From: an uncultured Nitrososphaeraceae archaeon
Lineage (GTDB): Archaea > Thermoproteota > Nitrososphaeria > Nitrososphaerales > Nitrososphaeraceae
Direction of reading: 5' to 3'
NCBI GenBank assembly: GCA_963825865.1
Contig: CAWGVG010000021.1
Span: forward strand, 169,709-233,708
DNA length: 64,000 nt
The notes under the pieces are model-generated. The model was given only the letters and a program-made list of their open reading frames with translations, searched no databases and had not been told where the DNA came from. Made by a program: the position numbers and the translations under genes. Shown here piece after piece: positions 55,793 through 64,000 of this stretch (positions within the stretch are counted from its first letter, which is position 1; every line of letters begins with the position of its first letter).

Positions 55793-57076
55793 TTAGGTTC
55801 CTTCATTAAATCCATCCAAATAAGTCTTCTGCTCAGGTGTAAGGCTATCGATTTCTAAACCCATAGACTCTAACTTAGCAATAGCAATTTCTTGATCCTG
55901 ACTCTTATGGATATTATATACCATGGGTTCCATACTGTTTCCATCTTTAGCAAGTTTCAAAACAGACAAGAATTGGTTGGCGAAACTCATATCCATGACC
56001 TCAGATGGATGACCTTCAGCAGCAGCCAAGTTTACCAATCTCCCTTCACCTATTAAATAAACTTTAACACCATTCTTCAAATCATACTGCATCGTATGCT
56101 CATTGATCTGTTCCATATTCGTAGCAAGCTTTTCAAGCGCAGGAATAGAAATTTCTACATTGAAGTGACCTGCGTTAGCTAATATAGATCCATTCTTCAT
56201 TATAGCAATATCTTCTTCAACAATCACATCTTTACATCCAGTAGTTGTTATAAATATATCACCTTTCGTAGCTGCATTTTTCATGGGTGCCAAAGAGTAA
56301 CCGTCCAACTTTGCCTTCAATGCAGCTATTGGATCAACTTCTGTAATAATGACATTAGCTCCCATACCTGACGCACGCTTCGCTATACCCTTACCAACAT
56401 GTCCATATCCTGCAATGACTACATTCTTACCTGCGAGTAATACATTTGTAGCACGGATAATACCATCTAATGCGGACTGTCCTGTTCCATAAACATTATC
56501 AAAATCATGTTTAGTTTCCGCATCATTGACTGCAATTATAGGATACATCAATTTAGATGACTTCTGCATTGCACGTAATCTAATAACTCCTGTCGTAGTT
56601 TCTTCTGTACCACCATAGATCGTAGATTTGGATTTGTTAATCTTTTTGTGCATTTCTATTGTCAAATCTGCACCATCGTCTATTGTTATATGTGGATTAA
56701 ACTTCATGACTGAATGAATATCGTCATAGTATTCTTTTGTTGATACACCGCGACTAGCAAATATTGATATGTTTTGGTCTTTTGCAAGTGATGCCGCGAC
56801 ATCATCCTGCGTGCTCAGTGGATTGCAGCCACACCATGATATTTCTGCCCCTGATGCCATAAGTGTTCTTACCAATACACCTGTTTCTTTTGTTACATGC
56901 AAACAACCGCCGACTCTAATACCTTTAAGAGGTTTGGTTTTCTCAAACCTTCGTCTTAATGCAACCAGTACATGCATATGGGCCTCTGCCCAATTAATTT
57001 TCTTTTTGCCCTCCGCCGCCAAAGAAGCATTCTTGACACGATAAGCCATACAGAATTGTGGAACAAAACTTGCCAT
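55793..57076 (-). CDS. ahcY: adenosylhomocysteinase
   Basis: GCLHVTKET, NPLSTQD, DDGADL, EETTTG, FDNVYGTGQS, GHFNVEI, GHPSEVMD. Confidence 0.97.
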   Translation of the reverse strand: MASFVPQFCMAYRVKNASLAAEGKKKINWAEAHMHVLVALRRRFEKTKPLKGIRVGGCLHVTKETGVLVRTLMASGAEISWCGCNPLSTQDDVAASLAKDQNISIFASRGVSTKEYYDDIHSVMKFNPHITIDDGADLTIEMHKKINKSKSTIYGGTEETTTGVIRLRAMQKSSKLMYPIIAVNDAETKHDFDNVYGTGQSALDGIIRATNVLLAGKNVVIAGYGHVGKGIAKRASGMGANVIITEVDPIAALKAKLDGYSLAPMKNAATKGDIFITTTGCKDVIVEEDIAIMKNGSILANAGHFNVEISIPALEKLATNMEQINEHTMQYDLKNGVKVYLIGEGRLVNLAAAEGHPSEVMDMSFANQFLSVLKLAKDGNSMEPMVYNIHKSQDQEIAIAKLESMGLEIDSLTPEQKTYLDGFNEGT

Positions 57077-57404
57077 ATATTACTTTACGTTAGAGATTTT
57101 CGAATAAAATACAAAATTACGTTAATGTTACGTAGTTTGACATGCACAAAGTTATATATATCATTTTTGCGAACCTTATACTAAAAATATTAACTAGAAG
57201 TAGTGTGACAGAAATGGTATTATTAACTAATCAGAAGCAACTTGTTTTTTATTATTTATCCACGTTATCTTATTTCAATGTTTTTGTGTCTAAAGACTCT
57301 ATATAGAAATAATCTATATGAGATTGATAGTTTAAACACCATGGTCTATTGATTTAACAATAAAGGACGCATTTACGTTACATTCAATGGTTTAACAATC
57401 AAGA

Positions 57405-57763
57405 AAGTAATGCCATGCTAAAAGCGGAGGGCTTTGTATCAGATGAAGGTTCTGAAGTTGAAAAGCTAAAGCCAGTCTGCTACTGCAGCAACTGTAATGA
57501 AGCTAATATCAAAAATGCCAAGTGATGTTCAGGTGCAGCATGGTTGTTTTGTCATTTTCCGGCTACCAAGAAACGCTTAAAGAACAAAAGCACAAAGACG
57601 AGAAGAGAAAATTGACCTGATTGAAAAGAAGCAGGCTTGAAGTACAAAGCAATCAACTAAAAGCTTTGATAATATCTGCACTAGGAAACATTAATGATCA
57701 GAGCCAAGTTAATCAAATGGCTCAAACATTATACAGTTCTGGTATTTTGAATGCATCTCAGTA
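57405..57763 (+). pseudogene. integrase C-terminal (Zn-ribbon tail) remnant
   Basis: LKAEG...LKPVCYCSNCNEANIKNAK*..RCSMV..YQETL..QMAQTLYSSGIL resembles the tail of Nitrososphaera-type integrases; stops and frameshifts. Confidence 0.55.
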
Positions 57764-57915
57764 GTCATCAAAAAAGCATGGGAGCAACCAATGAATCATT
57801 ATTATAATCAGCTTTTGAATTAAGGTGTCTTGTGGTTGTTTCAATCCTATATTAGTCAGATACGATTGTTAACCTTAACACAGCCGGCTCAACTCACACA
57901 TCTGGTTCTTCGAGT

Positions 57916-59559
57916 TTACAATCCCAGCTTTTTCTTCATCTTTGCAACAGGAAATGGAGGCAGATTCTTTCTGGAATTTCTTGCGTCTGTATTTTCGATA
58001 TCCTTAAGAAGTTCTTTTAACACATTTCTACCCTTCTCTGTTTTAGCTGCCTCTACGGGAGTCATGTTGTCAAGTGCAGGTATTTTCAAGTAAAGCCAAT
58101 TTTCATAGTATTCTTTAAAGTAATTATCGATTTGCTGTTTTACTTCATTAGGGAGTTTATCTTCAAAAACTTCTTGCTCTGGAACCTTTACTCCTCGTTC
58201 TCTTTCTCCTCATCCTCACTCAATCCATGCTCATGTTTTTCATATTCCATCCAAGAGTCCTGTCTTATACCTTCAGTATTAGGTGGCATCAACTCGGAGT
58301 AACTATCGCCAAGGTGTATGAGATGTTTGCTACCAACTAGACGCAGGATTGTGTCATTGCACCTTTCGAGTAACCTGTCTGATAGGCACTCAACTATTAG
58401 CATCTTTCCTGTTAGTGATAGATTTCCAAGGACCCGATAGGGCGTATATTGTTCTCCTATTTTGTCTTTTTTGTCTTTTTTGTTTTTGCCTTTGCTGCTT
58501 GAATGCAACGAAGTATCTTTCTCCTCGTTAGGCGGCAACCACAGGATTGTCCTGAAGGTCAGCTTTTCTGGTTCTGATACATAGTCTGTTTTCTGCTCCC
58601 CTCTGCGTGTGCCTGTGTTTACATCCTGATGATGATCACCATTTTCATAACCAAATTGTTTGTTATTCTCTAATTGTTCAATCCAATCATATCTTATCGT
58701 TTTTCCTTCATTTTCTAAACGCGCAAACTCTTTTTTTGAAGAGTTTAATGCTAACAGAACGCTACGCCTGTTTTTTTTAATAGCAAATTCACTCTTACAA
58801 AATACTGAAATATCGCCTTCAGGAGTCATGACTGTTGGACTCAATTCTTTTAATGAATCCAAATAATGTATAATTGAAAGACTTTCATTCCTTAAATATG
58901 TGTCAAAAGCTAGATTTCCCGTATTATCATTTAATTGGTGAAATTCTCTTGAGCTCCCAAGGTTATACAAAACATATTTTTTAATATGAGGCAAAAAATG
59001 ACGAGCCAGTATAATCCCGCTTCCTGCAAGTCTAGTTATATTTCCTATAGGATATGGTCTTGAATATAGAATATCATATTTGTTCAAAGATTGAGAAGAT
59101 GACCTATCATGTACAAAAAACTCATTGGTTTCATTGAAAATATCTTTTACCTTATAACCTACTCCTCTTCGAATATCTAAAATTTCTAAAAACCTCGATA
59201 CAGAGTCAGACCATGCTTTGACAGTATCTTTTTCTAGATCAGTAAGAGTGCTTTCATATTCTTTAGTAAATAACTTGATTATAGTATTATTTTTGTTAGG
59301 TACAATGTAATCGTGTATATACCAATCATAAAACAACCTTCTGTCAGCAAGGTCGCTATGGCTATTCACGTCTTCTTTTCCATAAGCTATCAAGGCACCT
59401 TCTCTGTCGAAGAATTCGTTACAGTATTCGTTTATTTGTCCCCTAAGTTTGTCCTCTAAATCATCACATCTCGATTCTTTCCTGGTCCAGACTAAGACAA
59501 CAATGTTTGTATTTCTTCTTGCTACCACATGGACAAGGAGAATTTCTGTCCGATTTCAA
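57916..59559 (-). CDS. SEC-C motif protein with C-terminal Xre/MbcA/ParS-like antitoxin domain (frameshifted)
   Basis: RNSPCPCGSKKKYKHCC; LFYDWYIHD; shifted tail YYENWLYLKIPALDNMTPVEAAKTEKGRNVLKELLKDIE. Confidence 0.75.
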
Positions 59560-59737
59560 CCTACAAGGAATAAATAAACACAGCAATGTGAAAAGTATTT
59601 CTGCAAGGTCAAAGAAAGAAAGACTGAGTGAGTGAGCTCTTCTCACTTGGTTGTATGATGATACGAATGAGACTTTTCAGATGATTTCATTGATGATTAG
59701 ACTGATATAATAGCAGTTGGTCAACTCTCAATGTTAG

Positions 59738-61470
59738 TTGGTCAACCAGGGCCCCAGAGATGAGGATGCAAATTTATTGCCACAAGAGATGGAGGAAAAG
59801 AAGAAGCAGAAGCAATTACCATCATCATCATCATCATCATCATCACGACATGGACAAATTAGAGTAAAAGAGCGTAACGTTGTATCGATAAAAGCCAAGA
59901 AGAATCAGCCTCAGTTTGTATATAATCGAGCATATGTTGGAATACAGGCTGGAAAGTGCCAAGAGTATATTATAGACGGTAACACTTCGCTTCTAACAAG
60001 AGACGAACGCTTCAAGGAATTTATGGACAGGCCGTACGCAGTTATTCCCCAAGGAAATTATAAAGAAGAAGAAGGAAAAGCTTACCTGTTGATATCTCCC
60101 AAATGGACTGGTTTTAGAGCAGGGTGGCTGGAATCACAGACTGAGACCTACAACATTTTTCGAGTTGATAGATATGTCGCTTGGTCTGGATTAGTTCCTG
60201 GACGATCTTAAAGAAGACTTTGACTTATCTCCTAGGTATTCTTCGATCAAAATATTACAGAACGGTGATTACATTGTAGGCAATGAATTTGAGCTTGAAG
60301 ATGCTTGGATAAGATACAGAGAGCATCTGCTGAGAAAGGAAAAAGATATCGGAATACGAGTCAAATCCACAGCTTCTGCTAGGTTTAATCTTGCTTCTAA
60401 GCTAGTATCCGATGGCGTTATTCCATGGACACCAAGAACAGTAAAAAATCAACAATCGTGGAAATGGCTCACTGATATCAAACTAAGACCATACCAACAA
60501 GAAGCGATGGATTTCTTCATAAGGCATGGCGCAATGACACTTGTCTACCCTTTTGGTGCTGGTAAAACACTATTTGGAGGTACAGGCTATCTCTTGCATA
60601 TCAGATAGGACTCTAGTAGTAGTACCATCGGTTTCTCATATAGCAGTATGGCAAAAATATATTGAAGAGCATCTTCTCAAAAAGAATAACATTAACAATA
60701 ACACACAGCCTCGGATAGCATTATTGTATGGAGGAGCTAGTAGAAAGGACACAGCCAAAAGATACGCAGATATAATAATATCCACATATGAAAGTGCTTT
60801 AACACATCTGACAGACGAGCGATTCAGACTTCTTGTCTTTGATGAGTGCCATCACTTTCCAGCTAACACCTATTCTAGGCTTGCTTTTTTAGATGCAGAT
60901 TACAGGTTAGGATTGTCAGGTAGCCCTTACAGAGAGGATGGCCGTCTCTGAGTTAATTTATGTACTTTCAGGCTACCCTTATGGAAGTGATTGGGATAGG
61001 CTCTTCGAGGAAGGATGGGTTAAAAAACCCGAGATAGATTCTGCATATTACACCTGTAAAGCTATCTTTTCTACAATCTCTACTTCAAACTTTGAAAGGT
61101 AATACTGTTGTATTCTGTGATAGTCTGGCTATAGGTGAAGAGGCATCCAGACTTACTGGAATTCCGTTCATATATGGAGAGCATAGTTTGAAGGAGAGAA
61201 TAGACGCACTAAATAATAATCAGAGGTTCATTTGCAGACAGAATATTTGATGAAGGAATGGATATGCCAGATGTAAAAAATATAATTGAACTTGACTTCC
61301 TTGGGGGGTCAAGAAGACAGCAACTTCAAAGAGTAGGAAGGCTTATGCACTCCCTTATAGATGGGGTTGAATACCATCTGCTCATGTCCCCAGAAGAGCT
61401 GAAAAAATATGAGAGGCGGCTGTATGGATTATACTCAAGGCAGTTTAAAGTGAATGTGGTAAAGCATTAA
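59738..61470 (+). CDS. XPB/Ssl2-like SF2 helicase (several frameshifts)
   Basis: LRPYQQEA, PFGAGKT, LVVVP, STY, DECHH, GLSGSPYREDG, DEGMDMP, QLQRVGR. Confidence 0.88.
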
Positions 61471-61587
61471 GAAAGATACGGGACAAGACGAATAACAAAT
61501 AAAGCAAGAGACATATAATATAATAACTTACCAAGACCAAGCTAATAATATAATATCGACGTCATTCTTATCAATTATCTCATCAAC

Positions 61588-62266
61588 ATGTCGTCATCAT
61601 CATCAGAAGTAGTAGACAGTAATAACGATGCCAGTTTAGGGGAGGAGGAGCAAGATGTAAGTGTATCGATAACAACACAGGCTATGAATGTACAATTCAA
61701 AGGTCCTCTACAATCTGTTCTTAAGAGTACCTGTAGATTTCTTTATTAAGCAATTTCCAAAAGTAGATCTAGCCAGGAAAATATCTCTATGCTATGATAA
61801 AGATTATCTTATCGAAAAGTATTCCAGCCTAATCAAAATCAGCCCTGAAGGAGTGCAAATGTTAGTTCAATCAGACACATCATCATCATCAACAGTAGAA
61901 GACATAATACAAGAAGAAACACCAAACGAATCAGGCCTCAAAGATGATAAGGTGGTCGCTGTGGCGGCAGGAGGAGCTGAATCTTCTAAAACCAAACACG
62001 AGGCAAAATGGTCTATCAAAGAGTTTATTGCTCTACAACTTGTTGCATCAAGGATTGCTAAAGGCCTTGGAATAGTCCAAGAAGAAGGCATGAAGATATC
62101 TGACATTGAGTCTGCTACAACTAAAGCCAATCCCAAATCAGTAACCCCAAGGTTATCAGAGATGATCAGATTCAGGACATGTAACAAAAGACTTGAGGTT
62201 TGGTACCGAAAAGTGCGGCAGAAACAAAAGAAGAAGAAGAAAAACCTTCCACAATATACAGAATAA
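61588..62266 (+). CDS. hypothetical protein with C-terminal winged-helix-like region (frameshifted)
   Basis: VQFKGP..SVL, DLARKISL, IKISPEG, IALQLVA, MKISDIESAT..NPKSVTPRLSEM. Confidence 0.6.
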
Positions 62267-62452
62267 CCACTGCTGGAATTCACTGGTTGAATAATATAAT
62301 AGACAAGAAGGTAAAAAGACTGTAAATGGATAATAAAAGAACATATACAAATATTGCTTAATTTCTGATACATTCAAAAGAATAGTTCAAAGATTTATGT
62401 TAAAGTATCTTTTTAGTCATCTATTCCCAACTACAATAGGCATAAAGTTAAA

Positions 62453-63973
62453 TCAGCATATCACAGACCTGGACTCGGTAAACCTGTAGTAGCACATTGC
62501 CAGCCTGAAGGCGTCAAATATATCGTCGTATGATGTGGCTTCCTTGTCCAGCATGCCATCATTTTCTACTGCCGTTCTTAGTGATGTTATAAGCTTGTCA
62601 AATTTTGGATTTATAGCTATATATCCCCCATCTCTTTCCAGGAACATTTTGCAGTTTCCAAGCATGGATTTGTGCTCAGTCTGCGAAACTTACAGGAACT
62701 ACATCCATGCTAAATTCATAATTTCGCTTTCTGCTCTTTGCTTCTTTTATTATTTCCTCGTATTCTTCGTCTTCGCCTATCTGTATTTTAAGAGCCCGTA
62801 TGAATGATGGGTTGGAGCCGTCGATGTATATCTTGTTTATCTTACCAAACCTCCTGAAGAGATCCCATACTACAGACAGCATCTGGTTAAAGTCAGGCCT
62901 CTGGTATTCCTCGGCATGCATTATCTGTATCTGGTTGTCAGCCCGCTGCGTAATTACAATTCCAAAAGCAGATGATCCAAAAGCTGGGTCTATGCCCATG
63001 GATTTCTGAGAAAATGAATTTATTTGATCTGGGCTGTATTGTGTACCTTTCTGTATCGCTGCTTCAATATCTTTGGTATGAAAGACATTTCCAATAAGCC
63101 CCAGGTATTTTAAATTGTACTCTCTTTCAAATGATGGCGAGGCTCTGGCTTTGTCTATCTCCTCCTGGGTGTATATTTTACCAAGGCCATAAGTATAATC
63201 CAAAAGCAGTCTTTTGTACAGGCAAGTTTCCTCGTCTTCTCTCTCTATATGTTCAAACAAGCCGTCAGGCGCATTTGGAGTTGAGACCATCACAATGTAA
63301 GGGTCTGACTTTGCAATGTAACGTTCGGAAACATGCCTGACATCTTCCTGTTCTCCTTTCCTGAAAAAGTCAGCTTCGTCTAGCAGTATGAATTTAGGGT
63401 TATCTAAAGCTCTGTAGGCGTCTATGTGGTTTGAAGGATATGCTTCAATTCTCCAGCCATTTAATTCAAGGACTGTTTCTTTATTTGCAAAAGTTAATCC
63501 CAGTTTTCGATCAAATAACCCTTTCATCCTCTTGATTAGCTTGATGGCAATGTCTATGTTAGGGCCTGTAACTATGCACATCTGGGAATTTCTATAGTCA
63601 TCATTTCTCAAGCAAAGCCATGCCATGAACCTGAGGAAAAATTCGGTAACTCCTAAGCCGGTTGCCTTCTTTATCCACAGATGCTTATCCTTGAAACCAT
63701 GATTCAGAGGATTGCAAAAGTCTGGCGAGAGCAAAGCCTCATACAGCAATTCCTGGTAGTCGAAAATTGGTTTTTCTAATCCGTCTTTTGTAGGCAAGCC
63801 AATTATGTGATTAAAGCGAGCACTCTCCTTTTGTCCTGATATCTTCTTGTTTATGCTCTTCTATGTCCCAAATCCAGAATGGTTTGTTCTGTAATTTGTC
63901 AAGAGACTGTGTTTGTTGTTGCTGTTGATTGGAGTCTGCTGTTTATCCTCCTCTTCAGGTCTTTGAATGTCAT
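62453..63973 (-). CDS. terminase large subunit-like protein (frameshifted), degenerate Walker A
   Basis: DYQ, KKATGLGVTE, Walker B FILLDEAD, VSTP coupling motif, FEREY, nuclease GIDP, IDGS, DDIFDAFRLA. Confidence 0.82.
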
Positions 63974-64000
63974 TGTTGTCCTGTTTCTTATCTACAGTAA

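Noticed and set aside
9531-57763. integrase N-terminal fragment (9531) and C-terminal remnant (57405) as halves of one SSV-type split integrase
   Set aside because: The catalytic middle is missing from both, no shared att repeat was seen, and 47 kb of core genes lie between them.

Overview
AT-rich archaeal chromosome segment, most likely from a soil ammonia-oxidising archaeon (Nitrososphaeraceae-like). The assignment rests on the archaeal information-processing genes (Rpp21, S19e, L13e, TFE, TFB, aIF-1, aIF-1A, Sec61beta), an ADP-forming 4-hydroxybutyrate-CoA ligase-type synthetase, a riboflavin operon with GTP cyclohydrolase IIa, and tRNA-Val(CAC). Many otherwise conserved genes are split by single-base indels, which looks like uncorrected long-read assembly error, so most frameshifts are not called pseudogenes. 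Core blocks alternate with mobile or decayed DNA: (i) a 4.1-kb element at 1917-6012 with ~174-bp terminal inverted repeats that contain the 5' end of a tyrosine-recombinase gene, flanked by an 8-10-bp target-site duplication; (ii) a stand-alone TnpB element; (iii) a 5.6-kb integrated element at 9440-15109 between ~63-bp direct repeats, carrying a truncated integrase, a truncated TIR-like ORF, a Tag glycosylase and two nested ISs; (iv) three IS481-like copies and two IS5-like ISs, one of which marks a deletion junction; (v) a fragment-rich accessory region at ~31-41 kb; and (vi) a terminal cluster with an integrase remnant, a SEC-C/antitoxin-like protein, an XPB-like helicase, a winged-helix protein and a terminase-large-subunit-like gene with a degenerate Walker A. 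All family assignments come from motif recognition by eye; no database searches were run.
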